A stretch of DNA of 63,042 nucleotides, filler included, from Stramenopiles sp. TOSAG23-2 (GCA_900128395.1; 54 parts of 54 records of this genome joined end to end with filler, not necessarily neighbours in it), one strand, 5' to 3'; shown: positions 11,758 through 24,568, numbered from the whole stretch's first letter. The notes: generated by a model from the letters alone, not told the origin. A program made the numbers and translations.

Positions 11758-12831
11758 TCAGATACTTGTAGTGATTGTCCAGTTGGTCGATTTGGTGTAA
11801 ATACAAATACAAATGTCACTGAGCATGATCAATTAGATGATTGTACGATATGTGGTGCAGGCAAATATAGCGAAAACGTAGCACAAACATCAGATACTTG
11901 TAGTGATTGTCCAGCTGGTACATTTGGTGTAAATAATAGTAATGTTGTAGGTGATCATGACGAAAAAGCTGATTGCACAACATGTAGTAGTGGTAAATAT
12001 CAAGGTGGGACCGGAGAAATTAGTTGTGAAGACTGTCCAGTTGGCAGATATCGAACAACTAATCTAACAAATGATAATCAAACTTGGAATGGCGACAATT
12101 TAAATGGAAATAATGCTGGAATGAATGCACTCACCGACTGTACGATATGTGGTGCAGGCAAATATAGTGAAAACGTAGCACAAACATCAGATACTTGTAG
12201 TGATTGTCCAGTTGGTCGATTTGGTGTAAATACAAATACAAATGTCACTGAGCATGATCAATTAGATGATTGTACGATATGTGGTGCAGGTAAATATAGT
12301 GAAAACGCAGCACAAACATCAGATACTTGTATAGTCTGTTCAGCTGGTACCTATTTACAAGATGACGCAAGCCCAACCGCAGATGAACATGACGACGCAA
12401 GCGATTGTCTTAATTGTCCAACTGGTACATACATGGATGTTGGTAATTCCGTTTCAACTGAACGTGATGATGCGAACGATTGTAAACAATGTGAAAAAGG
12501 TAAATACCAAGATATCGAAGCTCAAACATCATGTAACGTATGTGTAGCAGGTAAATATCGTGATACACCATTAATAAGCGTTGCGTATAATAGCACGGAT
12601 GGTAATGATGCAGATTTAGATGATTGTAAATTATGTCCAAAAGGTACATATTTAGAATTAGATCCAAACAATGATAGTAACGAAGAAGCGAGTGAACACG
12701 ATGAAGTCATAGATTGTAAAATATGTGGGGCTGGTAAATATATTGACGAAACTGGTAAGATTGCAGAGATTGATTGTAAACATTGTCCAACTGGCAAATA
12801 TTTAGAAGCTGATCCTGATACAAATGGTACC
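11758..12831 (+). CDS. Cys-rich repeat surface protein (GCC2/GCC3, ephrin-receptor-like CxxCxxGxY repeats), internal fragment
   Basis: Many CxxCxxG(K/T)Y units; near-identical nucleotide duplications of CTICGAGKYSEN.AQTSDTC. Confidence 0.85.
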
Positions 12832-13138
12832 NNNNNNNNNNNNNNNNNNNNNNNNNNNNNNNNNNNNNNNNNNNNTTAATTAATTAANNNNNNNNNNNNN
12901 NNNNNNNNNNNNNNNNNNNNNNNNNNNNNNNATTTACATTATTATTTGTATGATCTACATCTTCTCCCCATATTTTATGGTCTATACATTTTATTATAAT
13001 AAACATCAGAGAGAGAGATGTATATGTCACACACATGTGTGTGTGTACACATGTAACTGTGTAACTGTCCATTCTACAAAGTCTCAAATCATGAAAAACC
13101 TTAAATTCAAACATCACAGCTTCCTTTTTCCAAAATAA

Positions 13139-13904
13139 TATTGGGAAGATTACGGTTCTGACCTGTTTTATATTATACTAGTAATTACGGTTCTGACCTG
13201 TCAAAAAAAAACAGGTCAAAACTGTAATATAGCTTTAGATGACAGGTCAAAACCGTAATATAAAAACAGGCCAGAACTGTAATATAATAAAGTAAAATAA
13301 GCTAAAACTCTATCCAAATTTCTTTTTAAAATAGTGTTAAAATTTCCGATTTTATTCTTATTAGAAAAAGGATTAACTTAGAAATTAATAGTAATATGTG
13401 TTAATTTTTACTGGTACTATAGGGTTGCAGAAAATAATACACACATATTAAATGATAAACAATACAATTTTCAATCATATATAGGCACGTATCCTTAAAA
13501 AAAAGATATAGAAGATTTTTTGTCGTATACTACACAGAAATAAAGTACAAAATTCGGGCAAAAGCGGTTGTTTTTTCAGTGGTTTTGCCCGAATTTCAAA
13601 CTTACTTCTAAAATTAAGGAGCGCCTATTAATGATGGTTAAAATCTACGTTACAACGAGGTGTAGGTACATAGCACTATAATAATGAAGGAATAGGGCCA
13701 AAAAATTCCACAAAAATATTTGATTATATTTTTTTTAGAATTATTCTAGAATTATGGTCATTTATCAACTACCCCATTTCAACAGGTCAGAACTGTAATA
13801 ACAGCTGTAACAGGTCAAAACTGTAATATAAAAACAGGTCAAAAAAACCGTAATATCAAAACAGGCCAAAAGTAAAACAGGTCAAAACCGGAATTTTCTC
13901 AATA
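13139..13904. mobile_element. TIR element with ~10 subterminal 18-bp repeats and a palindromic centre
   Basis: Imperfect TIRs tattgggaagattacggttctgacctgttt / aaacaggtcaaaaccggaattttctcaata; ACAGGTCA(A/G)AAC(C/T)GTAAT clustered at both ends; 14-bp stem at 13550-13563 / 13583-13596. Confidence 0.75.
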
Positions 13905-14875
13905 ATATTATTGAACAACATTTTTTAATAATTCTACCACTCTAATAATCATAGGTCCTAGACTCGATAATAAGACCATTTAAAATAGCCAACAGAAAAA
14001 ATTAAANNNNNNNNNNNNNNNNNNNNNNNNNNNNNNNNNNNNNNNNNNNNTTAATTAATTAANNNNNNNNNNNNNNNNNNNNNNNNNNNNNNNNNNNNNN
14101 NNNNNNAAATTTCAACAACCTTTTAGCATGACCCTTTTTCATACCAACTTCTGTTATTAATAGTTTGCACTTGATATATAAATTCTGTGATTTATCTATA
14201 ATACTACATAGAAACACATATATATCAATCAATTCTTTCATTATTAGTAGTTATTATTACTAAAAAGAGGAATTTAAATTTCAAATTGTCGTAAAAAATA
14301 ATTTGTCATTATTTGTACTTAGTACTATACAAATATATGTCTATATAAAGACATCATATCAAATGACTATAATTTATACTTGAAGGGGAAATTAGAATAT
14401 CAGAAATATAATAATAATTATATCAATTTAAATTATCATATTATATCAATTTAAATTTTCATAATAATTTCATCATCCTATCAAATGACAAATGACAAAC
14501 ATGCCTTGAATGCCCTTTATAATCTATAATTTAATGCCTAAAGACTTTGTTAGACCTAGTAGGAAGTAGGAACACGGACGGAACACAGGCCATCAAATAT
14601 CCATATGTTTGTAACACGAAAATGAAAATTTACCAAGATGTAAATGTACATATCCTGTTGTTTTGGTGGGGAATGTTTATCTCGGATCTACCGTTTGGCA
14701 TTTTAGTGAAAAGTTATCTTTGCCACCTTGATGTATTATACTGTAAGGATCTGGTATAATATGCTGTTTNNNNNNNNNNNNNNNNNNNNNNNNNNNNNNN
14801 NNNNNNNNNNNNNNNNNNCACACCTGAACAATCCATGTATGTTATCACTTCATCAGTAATATAAGCCACATCAAT

Positions 14876-15180
14876 TCAATTATTATTATCATCGTCTCCA
14901 ACATCTTCTTCGTCATCATCGGACATCTCCACAACCATTCCCGTACCTTCATAACCTTCAGGATAACCTTTTCTTGTTGCACCTTTTGATATTAAAAACT
15001 CATTCATATCCCTGCTAGCCGAAAAATTCGCCATATCCAACGGCCTTAGGTTACCCCACCCACCATTTTCTTTATTAATTACGTCTAACGTACATGTACT
15101 GTGGTTTACTAATAGCTTTAATACAGGTAAATTATCAGGAACTGTACATGCATAGTGAACAGCATTACAACCATCACCTG
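14876..15180 (-). CDS. Ankyrin-repeat protein C-terminal fragment (not in ORF track)
   Basis: Manual translation: GCNAVHYAC...VLKLLVNH...INKEN...LRPLDMA...EFLISKGA, acidic tail, TGA. Confidence 0.75.
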
Positions 15181-16268
15181 NNNNNNNNNNNNNNNNNNNN
15201 NNNNNNNNNNNNNNNNNNNNNNNNTTAATTAATTAANNNNNNNNNNNNNNNNNNNNNNNNNNNNNNNNNNNNNNNNNNNNCATAGTGAATAGTGTTATTT
15301 GTTAAGTGTACAGTTTTCTCACGGTTTAGAGGGTATTATAGCACTACTGCGGTCGTCTCACCCCTCTCTAGGAGCTACTCCTATGTACATGTACATCATC
15401 ATAACGAACACATTTTTACCACAAGCTGTGTGCCTGTGCACATATATAATATTGGATATATAAATATATATATTATATATATATTGGATCCACATAGTCA
15501 AAATATATATCTAGATATAATAATAATAATGATGATGATGGATTGAAAAATATAATACAAAAAAGGGGAAAATACAAGACGACATCTAGATTAAAAAAAA
15601 AAAAAAAGATCACATACTGTGTATAATAATATATATATATATATACATTTAACCATTCATGATGGAGCGATATCCTGATAAAATGGAAGGAGAATTGCCA
15701 ATACGTGTATCCTCACCATTAAGTGGAAGAAAAAATAAGCAACGACAATCACCGAAACATTATCATAATTATATATGGCAATTTGAGAAAGGAGATGGTG
15801 GAGATACCTTTTGAAGGAATTAAACAAGTTGTTGTGAATAACATTGATAAAAAGATTCAAATTAGATCTATACCAACACAAACATCTCGATCACAAACTT
15901 TTTCATATGATTTTGGTGCCGAAGAAACCTCAATTGGAGATTCAAATAATAATAACGACAATGGCAATATCCGTTTGCAAGGGGATGAAAACAGTCAAAA
16001 CATTTCAAAGGGAAATGCCCATATTCAAAATATAAGTAAGAAACCGAACGTGTATTCACCAAATAGAAGTATGTATATATATATATTATACGAGAAGTAT
16101 ACATTATTCGCGTAGCAAATATTTTCCGTGCCGTAATAATCTACGAATAGTACATATCGACTTGGTACTCTCACCTCTACGACGTATTAAATAACATATA
16201 TCTATCTATAATCAATCTTGTATTTTTATCAACTATCTCGATATTTTCGTGTAACTATATCCCTCTAC

Positions 16269-16301
16269 TTATTAGTTACGGCAGACTGCCGTAACTAATA
16301 A
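16269..16301. repeat. Perfect 16-bp inverted repeat with 1-nt spacer
   Basis: ttattagttacggcag-a-ctgccgtaactaataa. Confidence 0.95.
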
Positions 16302-16893
16302 TATGGAAATTTATATCCACACATAGTTAGACTACACCATCTACAAATTTCATCNNNNNNNNNNNNNNNNNNNNNNNNNNNNNNNNNNNNNNNNNNNNTT
16401 AATTAATTAANNNNNNNNNNNNNNNNNNNNNNNNNNNNNNNNNNNNNNNNNNNNGTTGATCCAAATGAAAGTATTTATATATTTCAACATCCATATCTCT
16501 TGTCGTTGTTGTATATATATATATATAGTATTGTTCTTTTTTGGTATTTTTCTTTTGGCTATGTAATATATATATATGATATATCGTATATTTATAATTC
16601 CACACGCTTTGTTGGACAAAGCGTTTTAAAACAACACAAAAAAGATAAATGGAAAAGTATATGCAATAAAAATGTAAAGTTCAACTCGATAGAAAACAAT
16701 AATGCAATGGAGAAAGATATAACCAATTGGTATTTTTGAAATGATATGGTATCCAAGATGATATATACGCAATATTATCTGTCATTCGATGTACATATAT
16801 CGAGATACCAAAACGATTGAAAGTTTGATTTCATTTTTGGTTTCCTATTTTCAAAGGTTTATTTGATGATATTAATTTATATATATTTATGAT

Positions 16894-17062
16894 ACGCATA
16901 ATTTATTGTTTTTTAATTTACTCATGATAATTCCTACTCTTCTCAAAAGAATACGCACAAATAAACTGAAATAATCTATCGCACATTAATCATTAATGTG
17001 TTGATATTCCCATAATAGAGAAAACCAATGAAGGTAAATAGACGGTATCAACTACTCGTAGC
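16894..17062. repeat. Dispersed non-coding repeat family, copy 1
   Basis: Highly similar to the reverse complement of 35207-35620 and partly to 18991-19103. Confidence 0.9.
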
Positions 17063-17628
17063 ATATAATATTATTTTATCTTCAAATGACCAGCCAACAA
17101 CTTTAAAAGAGAAGTGAAGCAATTGCAACACACAAAGAAGATGCGCGTGTAAAAGGGGAGAGTGTACCAACACATTTTTCATGATGTGGTATTAATATTT
17201 ACTCTTGCATATTTTTTACGGAAATGAAAAGCTAACATGTACACTCTCACTCTCACTAAATAAAAAATGCACACTCTCTCTAAACAACCAGATAGTTCAC
17301 ACAACAAACAACAACAAACAACAACAAACATGTAATATACTCTCAAACCCTTTACACACATAAATTATTTTATATTATATAATTGGAAAAGGCTGTGATA
17401 AATATTATATACGTTCCTAACATTTCATATCTATGTTGTATTTTCTCGTCTATATCCATAAATATATATAAATACAATTTACCCGATTGGTTTTGGTATC
17501 TATTTTACGCACTTGGGAATTGATGCCCNNNNNNNNNNNNNNNNNNNNNNNNNNNNNNNNNNNNNNNNNNNNTTAATTAATTAANNNNNNNNNNNNNNNN
17601 NNNNNNNNNNNNNNNNNNNNNNNNNNNN

Positions 17629-18381
17629 TTTTGGAACGGTATTGCTTGTTCCAATGCTGAAAGTGATAATGCATTTTCTTGTGACGAACCATGGGAAAGT
17701 CAATCACCAAATGGTATGATATGGCGTAGTCCATGGGAAGCTGCAGCACAGAATTCCACGAACCCAGACTTCTTCTCACGCGATCAAGGATTAGGTATCT
17801 TGACACATTTAACAAATTCAAATGCAGATAACGTTACGTGGTATGATAAATGGTGGCAATTTATTGATGGAAATAAAGGATCGATGTGCCCTGGTAGTTT
17901 CTATGATTGTAAATTTGTTACACCATTTTGGTGCACATTTGATACAGTTGCTAGTAAAAAAGGTTTAAAAGAACCAAATGAAAGTTGGATGCTACCAAAG
18001 TTTGGAAAAGGTGCATGTAATAATCAAAACCTATACATTTACATCAGTTGTAAATATAATGATAATGGTTCCGGTTTGCATTTAGCTGCATTAGATGTTT
18101 ACATACGTAGACAATTGAATATTTGGGATCAAGTTTTACAAAACTCTGCCGATGTATTACATAAACGAGATCCACAAAATGCATTTTTCAGATGGTTATC
18201 AGAAGGTACATCAGATGGATTAGCAGATTTGATTATAAGTCAAGTGCCAAAAGATGGCAATCATACATTACACCAATGGTCCTTCGTACGTGAAGATTCA
18301 GAAAAGGCATGGGAGCAATCAATGGGATGGGATTATATTTTCTTAATCGATCATTTATTAAAGGCTCCTGTGGTTGTTTAA
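17629..18381 (+). CDS. Uncharacterised protein of the 'SQ..G..WRSP...FSRD..LG' family, 5'-truncated
   Basis: Open from the contig edge: FWNGIAC...ESQSPNGMIWRSP...FFSRDQGLG...QWSFVRE...SMGWDYIFL. Confidence 0.7.
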   Translation, partial: FWNGIACSNAESDNAFSCDEPWESQSPNGMIWRSPWEAAAQNSTNPDFFSRDQGLGILTHLTNSNADNVTWYDKWWQFIDGNKGSMCPGSFYDCKFVTPFWCTFDTVASKKGLKEPNESWMLPKFGKGACNNQNLYIYISCKYNDNGSGLHLAALDVYIRRQLNIWDQVLQNSADVLHKRDPQNAFFRWLSEGTSDGLADLIISQVPKDGNHTLHQWSFVREDSEKAWEQSMGWDYIFLIDHLLKAPVVV

Positions 18382-18595
18382 AACTATATATGTATCGATA
18401 ATGATATGCATATAGTTTATTTGCAATGTACGATTTATAGATATTGTGCAAAAGTGTATGTGTTTGTCGTCTGCGTGTAATAATAAAGAAAAAGAGAAAT
18501 ACATTGAGGACGTTATTTTAAAGTTTAGAGAGTAAATATTCGTAATAATATATTTTTACGTATTAAATTATATATTTGACACCTTTTGAGTTTTT

Positions 18596-18702
18596 TTAAT
18601 CATTTAAATCACCATTACCTTCTCCTACAAATCTACCATTCTCATCATGACAATTTGCTTTTCCACCTTTTGAACGTAAAAGTGCAATGATCTCTTGGCG
18701 AA
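18596..18702 (-). CDS. Ankyrin-family paralog, extreme C-terminus
   Basis: RQEIIALLRSKGGKANCHDENGRFVGEGNGDLND* is nearly identical to the end of 9849-10481. Confidence 0.85.
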
Positions 18703-18990
18703 NNNNNNNNNNNNNNNNNNNNNNNNNNNNNNNNNNNNNNNNNNNNTTAATTAATTAANNNNNNNNNNNNNNNNNNNNNNNNNNNNNNNNNNNNNNNNNN
18801 NNCATGCGCCGCCGCAAGCTAATACTCTATAAGCACAAGTAGGTCTGAGTCCAGCATAACACTCTCGATGAAAGTGATGTGAACAGTCCGTGGGTTTTCC
18901 AAAGTTTGGTGGTTTTGAAATCCCCAGGAGTGGATTCATAGCAACCATTGTATTGGATGAAATATATATATATATATATGCAAAAAAATA

Positions 18991-19103
18991 GTGTCGTTGA
19001 TATTCCCATGATAGAGAATACCAATTACTCGTAGCAGTTGATGAAAAACGAACATCATAGGAAGGCGGAGAATAAATATAACATATTATTCTCTTACTCA
19101 TAT
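18991..19103. repeat. Dispersed non-coding repeat family, partial copy
   Basis: gttgatattcccat...acatcataggaaggcggagaataaat is shared with the reverse complement of 35418-35530. Confidence 0.85.
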
Positions 19104-19230
19104 TCGTATATTATATATATATATATGATGTGTATAAAAATTTTCATTTGTACAGCAGAATAATAAATACGTACACACCCAGCACCACACAAAAATATGC
19201 ACGCACACATTTCGTCGCGCAGTACAAACT

Positions 19231-19876
19231 TTAAAACCACCATTTCTCTTCTTTGAAATTATTTTCAATATCATCCCATGTAATTATTTTTTCATTGCCT
19301 AAAACTTTCCTATCATCATCACAGATGGATTCATGTAACATCAATGAATCAATTACATTTTGACCTTTCGCAAATGCACTAGGCATTACTTCATTTGAAT
19401 TCAATACACAATTTGGTATAAGACCCATACGTTGATATCCCTCGGCAACAAGTTCACTACAAAAAATTGTTTCCAAATTTTCATCTGATTTGTCCTTCAT
19501 TATACTTAAATCTGGTGGATGTGTAATTATTAGAGATAATAATTCACTTAAAACATTTCTCTCATACGAACATATGATTCTAAGACATCACGTTGATTAT
19601 CATTCAAACGAGACCGTTTACTAATGTATTTCATAGCGTTGTATAGTCTTCGTTTTTCTATATCCTTTGCCGACATGCTACTATTTTGTTGATCTGCTTT
19701 ATGTTCTTGAATCAGTAGATGATCATCAACACCTTGTAAACGACGGGCCAATAATAACTGATTCTTTCGCTTAAACAAACGCAAAAATTGACCTAATGGA
19801 TATGTATAGCAGCCAATTTGATTTGCTTCAAACAATTGCATTTGCCCATCATGGAATGGTTCCCATTCAAATCGGG
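19231..19876 (-). pseudogene. Permuted papain-like NlpC/P60 (YiiX/YebB, C92-like) amidase, frameshifted near 19565
   Basis: LFEAN..G, RRL and LESYVR lie in one frame. YERNVLSELL...IFCSELVAEGYQRMGL...PSAF lies in another. Confidence 0.7.
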
Positions 19877-19976
19877 NNNNNNNNNNNNNNNNNNNNNNNN
19901 NNNNNNNNNNNNNNNNNNNNTTAATTAATTAANNNNNNNNNNNNNNNNNNNNNNNNNNNNNNNNNNNNNNNNNNNN

Positions 19977-20237
19977 CAAGAAGATAGTGCAGCGGCACAA
20001 GAAAGTTTAAAAGAACAAATCTCAACACCATTATTACAACGTAATGTTGAAGATGGAAAAAATCAAGTCATTGTAACTAGTACAATTAATGGCGAATCGA
20101 TTGTAATTGAAAAAGAAGCATCAGAAGCTGAATTGCTTGCGAAGAAATACAATAGATGGTTAGCATACGGTTATCCAATTGGATTTTTCATCGTAAATGT
20201 CTTGATGTTTAGTGTCGTTCCAGATTTATTGTCGTAA
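19977..20237 (+). CDS. C-terminus resembling the M4 helix of a pentameric (Cys-loop-type) ligand-gated ion channel
   Basis: Manual translation ends LAKKYNRWLAYGYPIGFFIVNVLMF...* (A..(D/N)R....P..F...N pattern). Confidence 0.45.
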   Translation, partial: QEDSAAAQESLKEQISTPLLQRNVEDGKNQVIVTSTINGESIVIEKEASEAELLAKKYNRWLAYGYPIGFFIVNVLMFSVVPDLLS

Positions 20238-20493
20238 ATCAAATGTTGTAATATTGCATTAATATATTAATATATTATCATATATGCAAATATGACATGT
20301 GGAAAGAGTGAAAGAGAGAGAGTGCGTTTGTATTTTTTTAGATATTTGGCGTCACCACACGCGTTTCTAAAACAAAATATTTTTGAATTTATCGTACACA
20401 CATTAATATTTAAGATCTATTATAACTAATTACTAATCTACTACACACTTGAAAATACACTCCCTCTCCCCTTTTCTAATCTCCTTTTCTCCT

Positions 20494-21050
20494 CTACGTC
20501 TTTGGTACTTTAATGATACCAAATTGATACAAGATTGGGCAGATAATTCCCCATAATAACATTAAACAGACAAGAAATTGTACAACTTTACCTGCCATGA
20601 ATGAAGCTTTAATACAATTTTGATTTTTTTCTATTTGTCGCATGGCTGCTTCCAATTCATTTAAGCGTTCTTGTTTCAATGCCATTTTCGCTTTTTCTGA
20701 TTTTAATGCTTTCCCTATTTGATTATTTAATGATTCTTGTATAGATTGTAATTTTTTCATTGCAGATGCATTGCCTTTTAAATATTTTGCTAAGTCTTTT
20801 ACATCGTTGCTTATAGATTTGACAGTATCTTGCATTTTACCTAAATTATTTGATACAGCTGCACGGTCCGTTGCAATTTCTTCGCTAACATCTGCTTGAA
20901 CTTCTGTTATGCCAATTGCAGTAAATGCGGCACCAGCTTTTCTATCTGTTGTGTCCTTCGCAAATGCGCCACCACCGCCACCACCATGTTTCATAGCTTT
21001 TTTCAACTTTATAGCACCACAAGCACATTTATTAAATACACAACGATGGC
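20494..21050 (-). CDS. Tail-anchored coiled-coil protein, SNARE-like
   Basis: ~60-aa heptad coil followed by a C-terminal TM segment (VVQFLVCLMLLWGIICPILY). Confidence 0.5.
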
Positions 21051-21150
21051 NNNNNNNNNNNNNNNNNNNNNNNNNNNNNNNNNNNNNNNNNNNNTTAATT
21101 AATTAANNNNNNNNNNNNNNNNNNNNNNNNNNNNNNNNNNNNNNNNNNNN

Positions 21151-22223
21151 TTCTTCTTCTTGTTCATGTTGTTGCTCTACTTCCTCTTGATTCCATGTAC
21201 TTTCGTTATATTCATTTGTTCCATTCTCATCATACGTAGAAACATCATAACCACTTTCATCCACTACCGCTGTATCACCATTATTATTATTAGTAGTATA
21301 ATCAACATTTTCATATTCCTCCGTATATGTTGTATCATCATAATTATAACTATTTTCATCATAATATTGAACAGCATCCGTTCCTTCTCCATTATTTTTA
21401 TTATTATCATCATACGTCGTATTATTATAATAACTATCATCATATTTCCCTTCATATGTAGTTGTATCATTTTCATCATATGCTGCATATTCATATTGTT
21501 CTTCTTCTTTTTCCAGTATTGCACCCACTACTGTCGGTTCTACTTCTTCTTGTTGCTCCTGCTGCGAATAATTATATTCATGATTATTATGCCAATATTT
21601 TAAAAGTACATCTTGTAGCACATCATTTGGCAAACTATCTAAAATAGATTCACCAGTACCTGCATTTGCAAATGAATCTTCAGCATATTGGGATGACTTC
21701 ATTAAATTCGAACGAGATGATATTTTTTTTTGTGGTGGAGCCTTCCATTTGTAAACTCGTACCTCTTTGATATTATCAATATTTTCATCATTTTTTTCTT
21801 TGTTATTATTCATAATTTTTTTAGTAATTGGTGTTAACGTTTGTTGCTGCAATTTGGAATAATTATTTTCATCGTTGGAATTTGCTCGTGGAGTAAACTG
21901 TTCACTACTTGCATTTTCACTATTAATATGATTCTTCTCCTTGTTCTTCTTCTTCTGTTTTTTTTTTCTTGTTTCTATTCGTCTTTTTTGCTTTTTTCAA
22001 CTTTTGTTCTTCATCGTATTTTTTTTTGGAAGTTTCAAGCAACCGTCTTAATTTTCTATTTTTTGCCTCAGCTTTTAATAGATCATGCGACAACGCTTTT
22101 ACTCTATCATTTAATGCTTCTTGCAATTTAATATTGTCGTCGATAGATTGATCGCCATCGTTACTGTTCTGCATGTTACCTTCATTCGTTTGCAATTTTG
22201 CTTGTGCAGTTGCAAGTTTCATT
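21151..22223 (-). CDS. Coiled-coil + Tyr/Asp/Glu-rich protein fragment, probably one gene split by an indel in the T-run at ~21958-21967
   Basis: Two open frames join seamlessly if the homopolymer length changes by one base. Confidence 0.55.
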
Positions 22224-23686
22224 NNNNNNNNNNNNNNNNNNNNNNNNNNNNNNNNNNNNNNNNNNNNTTAATTAATTAANNNNNNNNNNNNNNNNNNNNN
22301 NNNNNNNNNNNNNNNNNNNNNNNAGTTGTTTCACTTCACTTTGATCAAATAAATTATATTTAATTAAATATCCATTTTTTTGATAAAATATTAATTCTTC
22401 TGTTGTCAATTTCATGTTTACTATTATTTTTAGGATGCTGAAATGACACACACACCAAAACTATACACACGCACGAGTGCAGGACAGAAGAAAATTCATT
22501 TATTCTTGATGAAAGATAAAAAGTAAAAAAGCTATTAGAAAAAAGGGAAGACGGACTGAACAAGAAGAGTAGATTTTGAAGGAGATTTGTTTTTAAGGAT
22601 TTCCGTTCTATACTTTAACTTTCTCGAAACTACGCTCCTCGTATAAAACAATAACTAAACCTAAACCACTAAACACTAAACTAAAACCCTTTCACAAATA
22701 CCATCTAGAAGAAAGAATTATATTAGAATATAAAATATTGTACTCAGGAAACCTGCCATGCTATATACTCTCCATCAGCAGCATCATATAGCATCATAGC
22801 CACAGATAAATGATCTCTCGAAACATCTCGGACTGTTCCCACTTTCTTATACTTGTTAGTAAAGATAAGACTACAGAAAGTTAGACTTAACTTTCATAGG
22901 CGAAATGGCCGAGATGTTTCGAGAGATAAATGATCGAAGATGTTCTCTAAAACCAGCGACAACAGAAAAGCATCTTTTTTATGGTCTGTATCGCGGAAGT
23001 TGAAGTGAAATTCATCCTGTAAAAGCAGGTAAATACTGTAGGATATTAATATCATAGGTCTAACCTCCTCTGTTTTTTTGTTAAAATGCATCTCTGGACT
23101 ATATTCATTTACAGATGTGGTATAAATGTAAACAAATAGAAGTATAGATAAGATATATATAATCTTTATGAAATATATTTGTTTGCATTAAATATAGTAG
23201 TTACACACACACACACACATATATATATTAATATTAATATTAAACGAAACGGGATATAGAGACAACTGTATAAGTAACCATTGACAATCATGGCGAAAGT
23301 TTTGCATGCCAGGGATACAGCAGCAACGAATAAGAAAAATTCGTTATCTCTAGAAGATAAAGCGCCGAATTGGAGTCAACTTACATTATCATGGTTNNNN
23401 NNNNNNNNNNNNNNNNNNNNNNNNNNNNNNNNNNNNNNNNTTAATTAATTAANNNNNNNNNNNNNNNNNNNNNNNNNNNNNNNNNNNNNNNNNNNNTAAA
23501 TTATTAGTACATTATTATTATTTCAATAAATTTGTTACTAGGCTATTTATATATGTATATATATTACAGTATTTGCTAAAACACAAACATTAATACATAT
23601 AACCTCCAGTGTTTTTTGTACGCAATCATTCGATATTGAGCCAAATTAAGTTAACGGTGTAAAACAGTTCATAATAGATTAAAAAT

Positions 23687-24568
23687 ATGAGTGCATCTCC
23701 CACAAGACGATCATCAACATCAAAAAAAGATGTCGAAGAAGACATTATGGAAAGTATACCCTCTCCAGTTAAACAAACACAAAGATTTTGAGATTTCAAC
23801 AACTTTAGGTACTGGTACATTTGGAAGAGTAAAATTAGCACAACATTTGCAAACAGGTATTTTTTACGCCGTAAAAATCATGATTAAATCTGAAATTATT
23901 CGTCTGAACCAACTGACACATGTTCAGTCGGAAGTTGACGTTTTAATGCGTATAGAACATCCTTTTATTGTAAAAATGGCAGGATTTTATCAGACAGATA
24001 CTAACTTATGTATTGTGACCGAATATCTAGAAGGTGGTGAACTTTTTTCCCTTCTAAGAGAACAAACGCGTTTCCCAATCGAGACTGTGCGTTTGTATTC
24101 ATCACAAATACTGCTAGCAATAGAATATTTACACAGCATGGGTCTTGTTCATAGAGATATAAAACCTGAGAATATTTTATTGACACGAAATGGTTATTTA
24201 AAAGTAGTAGATTTTGGATTTTGTAAACTTGTTGATGATAGAACATGGACTCTATGTGGTACACCAGAGTACATAGCGCCTGAAGTCATTACAAGCAAAG
24301 GTCATGGACGTGGTGTAGATTATTGGGCATTTGGTATTCTAGAGTTTGAAATGCTTGCTGGTTATCCACCGTTCTTCGCGAAGGATCCATTTGGTATATA
24401 CGATAAAATATTAAAAGGTGCTATAACATTTCCACGTCATTTCGATGCAAAGATTAAAAATTTGATCGAAAACTTATTACAGCCAGATATTACAAAGCGT
24501 TTTGGTTGTTTGAAAAACGGCATAATGGATATTAAGATGGATACATGGTCTTCAACTATTAATTGGGA
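23687..24568 (+). CDS. cAMP-dependent protein kinase catalytic subunit-like (AGC, PKA/PRKX), 3'-truncated; start ambiguous (23687 out of frame, or 23730)
   Basis: LGTGTFGRV, HRDIKPEN, DFGF, RTWTLCGTPEYIAPE, GYPPF, KRFGCLKNG..DIK. Confidence 0.95.

Noticed and set aside
14107-14180. SAM-like helix (LLITEVGMKKGHAKRLLKF) on the minus strand
   Set aside because: Only ~20 codons at a contig edge; too short to call.
22654-22690. True telomere
   Set aside because: Short, degenerate and internal to the contig.
22760-22840. Hammerhead ribozyme
   Set aside because: No CUGAUGA core with a correctly placed GAAA found by eye on either strand.
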